Source: Candidatus Eiseniibacteriota bacterium (lineage in GTDB: Bacteria; Eisenbacteria; RBG-16-71-46; CAZAMP01). Taken from it: a stretch of DNA of 64,000 bases. The notes beneath the pieces are model-generated. The model saw nothing but the letters and a program-made list of their open reading frames with translations, was not told the origin of the DNA and did not search any database. Each line of letters starts with the position of its first letter. The stretch's first letter is position 1. The translations under genes were made by a program, and so were the position numbers. Location: positions 1,280,001 to 1,344,000 of the forward strand of contig OZ245046.1 in the NCBI GenBank assembly GCA_965224245.1, in the 5' to 3' direction. This document shows positions 1-9,745 of this stretch, one piece after another.

Positions 1-659
1 CGGTCTCGGGAATCCTGTTCGATCTCGGCTTCTCGTCGATCCAGCTCGACGATGCCGAGCGCGGGTTCTCCTTCGATGCCGACGGACCGCTCGACATGCG
101 TTACTCCACCGCCGCGCGCTCGGCCGAGGCGCTCGTCGCCACCGCGTCCGCACACGAGCTGACGACGCTCTTCAAACGATATGGCGACCTACGGGGGGCG
201 GGCAAGCTGGCCGCGGCGATCGTGTCCGCCCGGAACGGCGCACCGCTTCGAACGACCGGCGAGCTCTGCAAGCTGGTCGACGTGACGTTGCGCCCGCCCT
301 TCGTACGTCGCCGAAAGGTGCTCTCGCAGGTCTTCCAGGCCATCCGTGTCGCGGTCAACGACGAGGTGGAGTCGTTCCGCGACGCGCTCTCTTCCTGCCA
401 CGCGAGCCTCGCCCGGGGCGGTGTGCTCTGTGTGCTCGCCTACGAGTCCGTCACCGATCGCATCGCGAAGCTCGCGTTTCGCGAGGACGGTGACAAGGAC
501 GTCTACGGCAACCCGATCGAGCCCCTCCGGTGGGAGCGTCTGACCCGGGGCGCGCTACGTCCCAGCGAGCGCGAGGTCGCCGCGAACCCGCGTGCCCGCA
601 GCGCGCGCCTGCGCGCGGCGCGCAAGCGGCCCACCGCCGGGGAGGAGCGGCGCACATGA
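1..659 (+). CDS. rsmH: 16S rRNA m4C1402 methyltransferase RsmH (5'-truncated by window edge)
   Basis: GILFDLGFSSIQLD..RGFSF..DGPLDMR, FQAIRVAVNDE and NPRARSARLR motifs; first position of dcw cluster. Confidence 0.95.
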   Translation, partial: VSGILFDLGFSSIQLDDAERGFSFDADGPLDMRYSTAARSAEALVATASAHELTTLFKRYGDLRGAGKLAAAIVSARNGAPLRTTGELCKLVDVTLRPPFVRRRKVLSQVFQAIRVAVNDEVESFRDALSSCHASLARGGVLCVLAYESVTDRIAKLAFREDGDKDVYGNPIEPLRWERLTRGALRPSEREVAANPRARSARLRAARKRPTAGEERRT

Positions 660-997
660 CACCGAATCAGTACCTCCGGCGCCCGCTTCACCGGGAGTCG
701 GCGCCGTCACGCTGGAAGCGGACGATGCTCGCGGCGGTGGTCGTGTTGCTCGTGTTCGGGATCGTGGACACGTTCGGCAGCGTGCAGGTGACCACGCTCA
801 CCCGCGACATCGCACGCAGCAAGAAGCGCCTGACCGAGTGTGAGAGCGAGCTCAGCTATTTCCTCGAGCGGCACGAGCACGAGCTCGGCCGCGAGGTCGT
901 GTTGGATCGGATGGGCCGTCGCGACGGATTCGTGACGCCCGACTCGGGGTGCGTGGTTCTGGTGTCGCTGATCTCCGATCAGGACACCTCTCGCTGA
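656..997 (+). CDS. ftsL: Cell division protein FtsL-like
   Basis: ATG656 overlaps rsmH stop; basic N-terminus, one TM, coiled coil; between rsmH and ftsI. Confidence 0.7.
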   Translation: MTPNQYLRRPLHRESAPSRWKRTMLAAVVVLLVFGIVDTFGSVQVTTLTRDIARSKKRLTECESELSYFLERHEHELGREVVLDRMGRRDGFVTPDSGCVVLVSLISDQDTSR

Positions 998-1021
998 CGG
1001 ATCAGCGTGGGGAGAGAAGCA

Positions 1022-3187
1022 ATGATCGTCTCGGGAGATCGTGCGCGTCGCTCGACGACGTCCAGGACCCCGGCGAGTCCGGCTCGCGCCACGCGGCTGG
1101 CCATCGTCGGTGCGCTGTTCATCCTCGCCCTGGGCGCGCTGGTCGCACGGCTGATGGCGGTCCAGGTCGTCGACCACGACAGGCTCGCCGGCATGGCGGC
1201 GAAGAGCCAGTACCGCCGCATCCACCTGGAGCCGCCGCGCGGCCGGGTCGTGGACCGTCACGGCACCCTGCTCGCATTCTCGACGGACAACATCTCGCTC
1301 TCGGCGCGCCGCGAGCGAGTCGCCGACCCCGACGCCGTCGCCGACTCGCTGGCCACCCTCGGCGTGTCACGCCGGGGCACCCTCCAGAAGCTCGAGCCGG
1401 ACTCGGGCTACGTCTGGCTGACGCGAACGCTCCTGCCCGAGGGGCGCGCGCGCTCGCTGGCCGCGAGCCTCGAGGGCGTCCAGGCGGAGCGCGAGCGCAA
1501 GCGCATCACGCCCCAGGGGCCGCTCGCGCGCGAGATCGTGGGCCGCTGGTCCGAGGACCCCGACCTTCTTTGCGGCATCGAGCGGCGCTTCGACGAGCGG
1601 CTGCGCGGGGAGAGCGGCTGGGAGTGGACGGTTCTGGACGCGGTGGGCAATCGCTACGTCACGACGACCCGATGCGATCCCGTGGCCGGCTGGGACGTCG
1701 TCCTGACCCTGGACGCACGCATCCAGGAGATCGCCGAGCTCGCGCTGGCCGACGCCGTGGCCGAGCACGGTGCGCGCGGGGGGGTGATCGTCGTCGTGGA
1801 TCCGCACGACGGGGACATCCTGGCCATGGCCAGCCTGGGACGGGCCGGTGAGCGGAGCTTCTCGAACCGGGCCGTCACCGAACCCATCGAGATCGGGAGC
1901 TGCGCGAAGGTCGTGACGGCGGTGGCCGCGCTCGAGTACGGCGTCGCCGACACCTCACGCGCGTTCTACTGTGGCATCCTTCCCGACGAGGAGAACCCGC
2001 CGACCGTCGAGGACGATCACGGCGAGGCCGAGTACCTGTCGTTCCGGCGGATCATCGTGGAGAGCCGGAACATCGGAACGGCGCGCATCGCACGGCTTCT
2101 CGGGGCCGAGCGTCTGCACGCGATGCTCGATGTCTACGGCTTCGGATCGCGCACGGGCATCGAGCTCCCCGGCGAGTCCGCCGGCCTGGTTCGCCGCGTC
2201 GAGGACTGGTCGGGCGTGTCGGTCGACGCGGTGTCGATCGGCTACGAGTTCTCGGCCACGCCGCTCCAGTGGAGCATGGCTTATGCCGCGGTGGCGAACG
2301 GTGGGCGGCTGCTCCGCCCGCGGATCGTGCGCGAGCTGGTGGCGCCCGATGGGTCGCGGCGCACCGAGAGCGGACCGGAGGTCGTCCGCGAGGTCATGAG
2401 CGAGGAGACCGCGAGAACGCTGCGCCACGTGTTCCGTGACGTCACGAAGGCCGGCGGAACGGGGCGATCGGCCGACGTCCCCTGGCTCGACGTGGCCGGC
2501 AAGACCGGCACCGCGCGCAAGTGGGACGCCGAGGCCGGGACGTACTCCCACCGCCGCCACATCGCCTCGTTCGTGGGTTTCGCGCCCTGGGACGAGCCCC
2601 GCTACGTCTGCGCGGTCGTGATCGACGAGCCCGCCGGGGCGCACTACTACGGCGGCGACGTGTCGGCGCCGGTCTTCCGTCGCGTCATCGAGCAGATCGC
2701 GGCCGTGTATCCCGAGACGCTCCGCGGCGACGCCGAGCATCTCCGGGTGCGCGTCGTGCCGGACGAACCGGCGATCGGTTCGAACGACGCGCTGGCGGCG
2801 CCCGGGCACGCCTCCGAGCCTCACGGGGTGCCCGATCTGCGCGGCATGGCGGTGGCGCCCGCGGAGCGTCTCGCTCGTCGCCGGGGTTACGAGGTCGAGC
2901 GGGAAGGCGCCGGGGATCGCGTTCTCGACCAGCGCCCGCTTCCCGGAGAGGATCCGGCGGCGTCGATCCTGCTCGTCACCGATACCCTCGCCGAGAGCGT
3001 GCGCGTCCCCGATCTGACGGGACTCTCGTTCCGCCGGGCGCTCGCGACGTTGAGTGCGGTCGGGCTCTCCGCCACGCGACAGGGGGTCGGCACCGTGCGC
3101 GCGCAGCGTCCCCCTGCGGGCACCGACACGGCTCGCGGCGCGGTGGTGGCGTTGACGCTCGATCCGGAGAACTGGGGACGGCGATGA
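1022..3187 (+). CDS. ftsI: Class B PBP FtsI with two C-terminal PASTA domains
   Basis: N-terminal TM, RGRVVDRHG, SxxK (GSCAK), SxN (SRN), KTG (GKTGTA), VPDL-starting PASTA repeats; alternative start GTG1007. Confidence 0.92.
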   Translation: MIVSGDRARRSTTSRTPASPARATRLAIVGALFILALGALVARLMAVQVVDHDRLAGMAAKSQYRRIHLEPPRGRVVDRHGTLLAFSTDNISLSARRERVADPDAVADSLATLGVSRRGTLQKLEPDSGYVWLTRTLLPEGRARSLAASLEGVQAERERKRITPQGPLAREIVGRWSEDPDLLCGIERRFDERLRGESGWEWTVLDAVGNRYVTTTRCDPVAGWDVVLTLDARIQEIAELALADAVAEHGARGGVIVVVDPHDGDILAMASLGRAGERSFSNRAVTEPIEIGSCAKVVTAVAALEYGVADTSRAFYCGILPDEENPPTVEDDHGEAEYLSFRRIIVESRNIGTARIARLLGAERLHAMLDVYGFGSRTGIELPGESAGLVRRVEDWSGVSVDAVSIGYEFSATPLQWSMAYAAVANGGRLLRPRIVRELVAPDGSRRTESGPEVVREVMSEETARTLRHVFRDVTKAGGTGRSADVPWLDVAGKTGTARKWDAEAGTYSHRRHIASFVGFAPWDEPRYVCAVVIDEPAGAHYYGGDVSAPVFRRVIEQIAAVYPETLRGDAEHLRVRVVPDEPAIGSNDALAAPGHASEPHGVPDLRGMAVAPAERLARRRGYEVEREGAGDRVLDQRPLPGEDPAASILLVTDTLAESVRVPDLTGLSFRRALATLSAVGLSATRQGVGTVRAQRPPAGTDTARGAVVALTLDPENWGRR

Positions 3188-4716
3188 AGACATTGTCGGC
3201 GCTGGTGCTCGGACTGTCCGAGGACCGGGCCGCCGAGGACGTGACCATCACGTCCGTCACCTGTGACTCTCGCGAGGCTCGCGGCGGCACGCTGATGGTC
3301 TGCGTCCCGGGAGCCGAGGTCGACGGCCATCGATTCGCCGAGAGCGCCGTCCGCGCCGGCGCGGCGGCGCTCGTCGTCGAGCGGCCACTGGCTGGGCTCT
3401 CCGTCCCGCAGGTCCGCGTGGCCGACGCCCGCTCCGCACTGGGGACGATCGCGGCTCGCTTCCACGATCACCCGTCCACCGAGCTCGACGTCGTCGGCGT
3501 GACCGGCACCAACGGCAAGACGACGATCGTCGCCATGGGGGCGGCCATCGGCCGGAGCGCGGGATGGAGCCCCGGAACGATCGGGACGCTCGGGATCCTC
3601 GATCCCGCCGACGGCGCCGCGCGGCGCTCCGCGCTCAACACGACCCCCGGCAGCGACGTCTTCCAGCGTGCGCTGCGCGACTTCGTCACCGAGGGCGCGA
3701 GGGCCGCGTTCGTGGAGGTCTCCTCACATGCGCTGGCGATGCATCGCGTGCGGGGGACCGACTTCCGGGTCGCCGTGTTCTCGAACCTCTCGCGCGATCA
3801 CCTCGACTTTCACGGCACGATGGACGACTACGAGGCGGCCAAGGCCCGGCTCTTCCGGACCCGGGAATGGGGGCTCGACGAGACCGGTGCGAGCGTTCGC
3901 TCCCGGGTGGCGGTGCTGCCCTCGGACGACGAGGTGGCGGATCGACTGGCGGCCTCGACGGATCTGGAGGTGCTGCGCTACGGGGAGGGACCCGGCGCCG
4001 ACGTGCGGCTGACCGACATCGAGCTGACGCCGTCGGGCTCCCGGGCGCGGCTCCGCATCGGGGTCCGCGTCGTCGACGTGATGGTCCCGATCCCCGGCCG
4101 GTTCAACCTCCGGAACGCCGCGGCGGCCGCGGCCGCGTGCCATGCCGTCGGCGCGAGTCCGAGAGAGATCGTCGATGGGCTCGCGTCCATTCCCACGGTG
4201 CCGGGGCGGCTCGAGCCGGTCGCGATGGGCCAGGGATTCGCGGTCGTGATCGACTTCGCGCACACGGCCGACGCGGTGACCGCGATGCTGTCGGCGGTCC
4301 GGGAGTGGACGCGCGGGCGGGTCCTGCTCGTGATCGGCGCCGGTGGGGACCGGGACCGGGGCAAGCGGCCGGAGATGGGTCGCGCGGCGGTGGCCGGGGC
4401 CGATCTCGTGGTGTTCACGTCCGACAATCCCCGTACCGAGGACCCCGAGGCGATCCTCGATCAGGTCGTCTCGGGAGCCGGTGCCTCCGGCGGCTCGCAC
4501 GGGACCGGGACCTGGACGCGTGTGACCGAACGCGCGGAGGCCGTCCGCGTGGCGATCACGGAAGCGGCCGACGGAGACACGGTCGTGATCGCCGGCAAAG
4601 GACACGAACGGGTTCAGATCGTCGGCACCGAGGCCCATCCCTCCGACGACCGCGATCTGGCCCGGTCCGCGCTGGCCGAGCGCGGGTTCGCCGGCGAGAG
4701 CGAGAGCCGGCCATGA
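3184..4716 (+). CDS. murE: UDP-MurNAc-tripeptide synthetase MurE (meso-DAP type)
   Basis: GVTGTNGKTT, EVSSH, NLSRDHLDFHG, DFAHT, DNPR, AGKGHE; ATG3184 overlaps ftsI stop. Confidence 0.96.
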   Translation: MKTLSALVLGLSEDRAAEDVTITSVTCDSREARGGTLMVCVPGAEVDGHRFAESAVRAGAAALVVERPLAGLSVPQVRVADARSALGTIAARFHDHPSTELDVVGVTGTNGKTTIVAMGAAIGRSAGWSPGTIGTLGILDPADGAARRSALNTTPGSDVFQRALRDFVTEGARAAFVEVSSHALAMHRVRGTDFRVAVFSNLSRDHLDFHGTMDDYEAAKARLFRTREWGLDETGASVRSRVAVLPSDDEVADRLAASTDLEVLRYGEGPGADVRLTDIELTPSGSRARLRIGVRVVDVMVPIPGRFNLRNAAAAAAACHAVGASPREIVDGLASIPTVPGRLEPVAMGQGFAVVIDFAHTADAVTAMLSAVREWTRGRVLLVIGAGGDRDRGKRPEMGRAAVAGADLVVFTSDNPRTEDPEAILDQVVSGAGASGGSHGTGTWTRVTERAEAVRVAITEAADGDTVVIAGKGHERVQIVGTEAHPSDDRDLARSALAERGFAGESESRP

Positions 4717-6095
4717 TGTGGACGGCCAGCCAGATCGCGCGCGTGACCGGTGGGCGATTGACCGATCCCGACCGGGCCGCGGCCAGCGTCCGCGGTGTGA
4801 GCATCGACACGCGCACGCTCGTGCCGGGCGAGGCCTATCTGGCGATCCGCGGTGAGCGACTGGACGGTCACGCGTTCGTGCCGGCCGCCTTCGAGCGGGG
4901 CGCGAGTCTGGCCGTCGTGGCCGCCGGAGACGATCCCGATGCGGCGCTGCCCGGCCCGGGCGTTCGCGTCGACGACACGCTCGAGGCACTCCACGCCCTC
5001 GCCGCAGCCGCTCGGGCCCGCACGGACGCCCACGTGGTGGCGGTGACCGGCTCGAACGGGAAGACCACGACGCGCGAGATGATCGCGCTCGGCCTCGGGG
5101 ACCCGCCACGCGTCCTTCAGCCCAGTGGGAACCGCAACAACCACATCGGGCTGCCGCTGACGCTGTGCAGCGCGACCGGCGCCCATCGGTTCGCGGTGCT
5201 GGAGATGGGCATGAGCCACCTGGGTGAGATCCACGTGCTCAGCCGGCTCGCGCGACCATCGCTCGCGGTCATCACGAACGTCGGCCGGGCCCACGTGGGA
5301 CCGGTGGGAGGGCTCGACCGGGTTCGCGAGGCGAAGCTCGAGATCGTCGACGGGCTCGACACCGATGCCCCGCTCCTCGTCGCTTCGGACGACGCGGAGC
5401 TCGTGGCGGCTGCGAGGGCGCGCTGGGCGCGTGTCGAGGTCGTCGGCCGGCGCGGTGAGCACCGGGTCACTCGCTTCGAACGGCGGACGGCCGGGGGTCA
5501 CGAGGTCGCGCTCGACGGCGGACCGGTGCTGGTCGTGCGTGCGCCCGGACGAGGCGCCGCGGCGGCGGCGGTGACGGCGATGGCCGTGGCGCGGGTCCTG
5601 GGGCTGGACCTCGAGGAGGTGGCCCGGCGGCTGTCACGATGGCGTCCGGTACCGGGAAGGCTCGCACTTCGGGACGGAAACGGGTATAGGGTGCTGGATG
5701 ACAGCTACAACGCGAATCCCGAGTCGATGGCGATGGCGCTGGAGACGCTCGCCGAGCTTCCGTGTGACGGACGGCGGATCGCCGTCCTCGGAGACATGCG
5801 TGAGCTGGGCGACTCGAGCGCCGACGCGCACCGCGAGCTCGGCGAGCGCGTGGGAGACGTCGACGCGGTCTATCTCGTCGGGGAGGCCGTGGCCGAGACC
5901 GCCCGGGTGGCCGGTGACCGGTTTCCGGAGATGCCCGTTTTCTACACTGGAGACGTGGACGTGTTGATCGATCGCGTGCGTCGGGACATCACCCCGGGTG
6001 ACCTCGTGCTCGTGAAGGCGTCCCGAAGCTCACGGCTCGAGCGCGTCGTCGACGCGCTCGTGATGGGGGCGCCGGACGGAGGAACCGCGGACTGA
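4713..6095 (+). CDS. murF: UDP-MurNAc-pentapeptide synthetase MurF
   Basis: SIDTR, VTGSNGKTTTREM, NNHIGLPLT, EMGMSH, DDSYNANPESM, LGDMRELG, VKASR. Confidence 0.96.
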   Translation: MMWTASQIARVTGGRLTDPDRAAASVRGVSIDTRTLVPGEAYLAIRGERLDGHAFVPAAFERGASLAVVAAGDDPDAALPGPGVRVDDTLEALHALAAAARARTDAHVVAVTGSNGKTTTREMIALGLGDPPRVLQPSGNRNNHIGLPLTLCSATGAHRFAVLEMGMSHLGEIHVLSRLARPSLAVITNVGRAHVGPVGGLDRVREAKLEIVDGLDTDAPLLVASDDAELVAAARARWARVEVVGRRGEHRVTRFERRTAGGHEVALDGGPVLVVRAPGRGAAAAAVTAMAVARVLGLDLEEVARRLSRWRPVPGRLALRDGNGYRVLDDSYNANPESMAMALETLAELPCDGRRIAVLGDMRELGDSSADAHRELGERVGDVDAVYLVGEAVAETARVAGDRFPEMPVFYTGDVDVLIDRVRRDITPGDLVLVKASRSSRLERVVDALVMGAPDGGTAD

Positions 6096-7180
6096 TGCTG
6101 TACGAACTCCTGGTTCCCCTCGCCGACACCTTCTCGCCGTTCAACGTCTTTCGATACATCACGTTTCGGGCCGCCTGGGCCACCATCACGTCGTTGATGA
6201 TGGCCTTTCTGCTCGGGCCGTGGGTCATCCGCCGGCTGCGAGCGTTGCGCGTCGGCCAGCGCATTCGCGCCGAGGGTCCCGAGTCGCACCAGGCCAAGGA
6301 GGGCACCCCGACGATGGGCGGCGTGCTGATCGTCGGCGCCACGATTCTTCCGACGCTCCTGTGGGCGGATCTCAGGAACCCTTACGTGCAGCTCGCCGTG
6401 GTCTCGTGCATGACCCTCGGACTCCTGGGTTTTCTGGACGACTATCTCCTCGTGGTGAAGCGCTCGCGCCACGGCCTCCTGGGGCGATACAAGCTGGTCG
6501 TGCAGTTCGCGCTGGGCGCCGCCATCGGGCTCTCGATGGTGCTGGCCGCGCCTCAGGGCGAGATGACGCTGCGCACGACGGTGCCGTTCCTGAAGAACGT
6601 CCAGCCCACGCTCGGGCTGTGGATCATTCCGCTCGCGATGCTCGTGATCACCGCGACCTCCAACGCCGTGAATCTCGCAGATGGCCTCGACGGGCTCGCC
6701 GCCGGCATGGCGGCGCCACCGGCGCTCGTGTTCGCGGGCGTGGCCTATCTGTCGGGTCACGTGACGTTCTCGGACTACCTGAACATCCCGTACTTCTCGG
6801 GCGTCGGGGAGCTCAGCATCTTCTGCATGTCGATGGTCGGGGCGTGCCTGGGGTTCCTGTGGTTCAACGCGCACCCCGCCGAGGTGTTCATGGGCGACAC
6901 CGGCGCGCTCGCGCTCGGCGGCTCGCTGGGCACGGTGGCGGTGCTCCTGAAGCGCGAGCTCCTGCTGGTCATCGTGGGCGCACTCTTCGTCATGGAGGCG
7001 CTCTCGGTGATCATCCAGGTCATCGGCTATCGCACGACGGGGCGACGGGTGTTTCTGATGGCGCCGATCCACCATCACTTCGAGAAGCGCGGCTGGGCGG
7101 AGTCGCGCGTCGTGGTGCGGTTCTGGATCGTGGCCGCGCTCCTGGCGTTGTTCAGCCTCAGCACGCTGAAGCTGCAGTGA
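6095..7180 (+). CDS. mraY: Phospho-MurNAc-pentapeptide translocase MraY
   Basis: KEGTPTMGG, NAVNLADGLDGL, VFMGDTG, MAPIHHHFE; polytopic membrane protein. Confidence 0.97.
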   Translation: MLYELLVPLADTFSPFNVFRYITFRAAWATITSLMMAFLLGPWVIRRLRALRVGQRIRAEGPESHQAKEGTPTMGGVLIVGATILPTLLWADLRNPYVQLAVVSCMTLGLLGFLDDYLLVVKRSRHGLLGRYKLVVQFALGAAIGLSMVLAAPQGEMTLRTTVPFLKNVQPTLGLWIIPLAMLVITATSNAVNLADGLDGLAAGMAAPPALVFAGVAYLSGHVTFSDYLNIPYFSGVGELSIFCMSMVGACLGFLWFNAHPAEVFMGDTGALALGGSLGTVAVLLKRELLLVIVGALFVMEALSVIIQVIGYRTTGRRVFLMAPIHHHFEKRGWAESRVVVRFWIVAALLALFSLSTLKLQ

Positions 7181-8598
7181 TGGAGACGACCTTGCGCACG
7201 ACAGGCTGGCGAGAGCGACTCGACCGAGGCGGGGACGCCCTCATCGTGGGCTTCGGACGAAGCGGACGAGCGGCCGCGGAGCGGCTCGCCGAGCGGGGCT
7301 GGCGCCTGCGCGTGGCCGACGCGACGGACGTCCCCGCGGGGCCCGACGCGTCTCCGGGGCACCTCCCCGGAGCGGCCGGCATCGTTTCGGCGCGTTTTTG
7401 CGACGACGACCCGACCTCGCTCGACGGCGTCGCTCTCGTGGTCAAGAGTCCCGGAGTCTCCCGCGCGCATCCCCTGATCCAGGCGGCCCTCTCGCGATCG
7501 ATCCCGATCATCGCCGAGCTCGAGCTGGGCTGGGCGCTGGGCGCCGGCCGCTTCATCTCGGTGACGGGCTCCAACGGCAAGAGCACGACGACCGCGCTCA
7601 TCGCACACGTGCTCGCCACCGCGGGACTGGATGCGCACGCGTCGGGCAACATCGGGGAGCCGCTCTCCCACGCGACGTCGAAGGCGAGCGACCGGAGCGT
7701 CTTCGTGGTCGAGATCTCGAGCTTTCAGATCGAGGACCTCGTCGACTACGAGACCGACGTCGCGGTCCTTCTGAACGTGACGCCGGATCACCTGGATCGG
7801 CACGGTACGTTCGACGCGTACCGCGAGATCAAGGGCGCGCTTCTGGGGCGCGTGCGTGCGGGCGGGGTGCGCGTGATCAACGTGGACGATCCCGCGTCGC
7901 GGGGGTTCGTGGAGGCGTGGACGGAACGCGACCCCGCGGGCACGACGCTGATCTCGACGCGCGGTCCGGTTCCGCGAGGCGCCTATCTCGACGGCGACGA
8001 TCTCGTGCTGGCGCTCGGCGACCCCACGGCCGTGATCTCGCGCCGCGCGCTCTCGATCGCGGGACCGCACAACGTACAGAACGCACTGGCCGCGATGCTG
8101 GCCGCGGCGCTGCTCGGCGTGCCTGCGGTGACGCTGTCCGAGGCGCTGGCCACGTTCGAGCCGCTGCCGCATCGCCTGGAGCCCGTCGGTGCGCTGGGGG
8201 CGGTGCGGTTCGTGAACGACTCGAAGGCGACCAACCTCGACTCCCTGCGCGTGGCGCTGGCGTCGTTTCCAGACCCGGTGGTGCTGATCGCCGGCGGGCG
8301 CGACAAGGGCAGCCCGTTCGAGGACGTCCTGTCCGACGTGCGCGCCCGAACCACGCACGTCGTGCTGATCGGAGAGGCTCAGGATCGGATCGCCTCCGCG
8401 TGGGCGGGGGTGTCCCTGTCGCGGGCGGCGAGCCTGGACGCGGCGGTGCGCGAGGCCTATGCGCGCGCGCGACCGGCAGGGGTGGTTCTCCTGGCGCCGG
8501 GCTGCACGTCGTTCGACATGTTCACGAGCTTCGCCCACCGGGGCGACGCGTTTCGAGAGGTCGTCGCACGCCTGATCGAGGACGAGCGTCATGGATAG
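7180..8598 (+). CDS. murD: UDP-MurNAc-L-Ala:D-Glu ligase MurD
   Basis: GFGRSG, KSPG, VTGSNGKSTTT, EISSFQ, NVTPDHLDRH, NDSKATN, LAPGCTSFDMF. Confidence 0.96.
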   Translation: METTLRTTGWRERLDRGGDALIVGFGRSGRAAAERLAERGWRLRVADATDVPAGPDASPGHLPGAAGIVSARFCDDDPTSLDGVALVVKSPGVSRAHPLIQAALSRSIPIIAELELGWALGAGRFISVTGSNGKSTTTALIAHVLATAGLDAHASGNIGEPLSHATSKASDRSVFVVEISSFQIEDLVDYETDVAVLLNVTPDHLDRHGTFDAYREIKGALLGRVRAGGVRVINVDDPASRGFVEAWTERDPAGTTLISTRGPVPRGAYLDGDDLVLALGDPTAVISRRALSIAGPHNVQNALAAMLAAALLGVPAVTLSEALATFEPLPHRLEPVGALGAVRFVNDSKATNLDSLRVALASFPDPVVLIAGGRDKGSPFEDVLSDVRARTTHVVLIGEAQDRIASAWAGVSLSRAASLDAAVREAYARARPAGVVLLAPGCTSFDMFTSFAHRGDAFREVVARLIEDERHG

Positions 8599-9745
8599 GC
8601 GAGGGCAGGCCGATCGCTGGCTCCTGGGCGCGGTCGGACTTCTGGTGGGGCTCGGGCTGGTGTTCCTGTACTCCTCCAGCGCCTGGGTCTCCGAGCGCGC
8701 GACGGACTCGGCGCACCGCATGCTGCTGAACCAGGCGGTGAAGGCCGTCGTCGGCATCGCGTTGCTCGTCGGCCTCGGACAGCTCGACTATCGGCGTCTC
8801 GCCGGCCGCTGGGCCTGGGTCGCCTGGGGCGGAACCACACTGCTCCTCCTGTATCTGGCGCTCCCGCACCCCTGGAAGGAGAGCATCCGGCACACCGATC
8901 GCTGGATCCGCGTGGGACCGATGAGTGTCCAGCCCTCCGAGTTCGCGCGCGTGGCGATGATCGTGTCGATGTCGGCGCTGATCGCGAACCGGGTGCACTG
9001 GCCGCGTGGGACCGAGCGCAAGGAGTGGGCGATCGTCGCGGCGTTGGCCGTGGTGCCGATCGGACTCGTGCTCTCTCAACCGAACTTCGGCACCGCGATG
9101 GCGATGGGCGCCAGCGCTCTCGCGTTGCTCGTGCTGGCCGGCATCCCCTGGCGGGTGCTCGCGCCGTCCGGAGCGAGTCTGGTGGGCGTCGCGGCACTGC
9201 TGACGCTGCGATTCTCGTATCCACTCGAGCGGATACGAAGCTGGTGGGCGGGGGTTCAGGACTTCGACGCCCTGCAGTTCCAGATCAAGCAAGGCGTCAT
9301 CGCTCTGGGATCGGGTGGGCTCACCGGCGTGGGGCTGGGCCGTTCCCTTCAGAAGCGCCAGTTCGTGCCCGACCCGCACACCGATCTGATCCTCGCGATC
9401 ATCGGCGAGGAGGTCGGCTTCATCGGAGTGCTCGTGCTCCTCGCGCTGTTCGCCATCGTCTTGTGGCGGGGCCTCCGGATCGCAGCGCGGGCGCCGGACA
9501 CGTTCGGCTACCTGCTCGCGGCCGGGCTCACGGTGCAGATCGGTCTGTACTTCGTCCTCAACGCCGCCGTCGTGACCGGCCTGATGCCGGTCACGGGCCT
9601 GCCGCTGCCGTTCGTGAGTTACGGGGGATCGGCGCTGATTGCGAACCTGGCGGCCGTCGGCGTGCTCCTGAGCGTCTCTCGAGCCGCGTCGTGGAGCCGG
9701 CGTCCGGTGACGCAGCGTGTCGTGCACGTGGGGGTGCGTCCATGA
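8591..9745 (+). CDS. ftsW: SEDS peptidoglycan polymerase FtsW
   Basis: RWI..QPSEF, QPNFGT, PDPHTD, PVTGLPLPFVSYGGS. Confidence 0.95.
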   Translation: MDRRGQADRWLLGAVGLLVGLGLVFLYSSSAWVSERATDSAHRMLLNQAVKAVVGIALLVGLGQLDYRRLAGRWAWVAWGGTTLLLLYLALPHPWKESIRHTDRWIRVGPMSVQPSEFARVAMIVSMSALIANRVHWPRGTERKEWAIVAALAVVPIGLVLSQPNFGTAMAMGASALALLVLAGIPWRVLAPSGASLVGVAALLTLRFSYPLERIRSWWAGVQDFDALQFQIKQGVIALGSGGLTGVGLGRSLQKRQFVPDPHTDLILAIIGEEVGFIGVLVLLALFAIVLWRGLRIAARAPDTFGYLLAAGLTVQIGLYFVLNAAVVTGLMPVTGLPLPFVSYGGSALIANLAAVGVLLSVSRAASWSRRPVTQRVVHVGVRP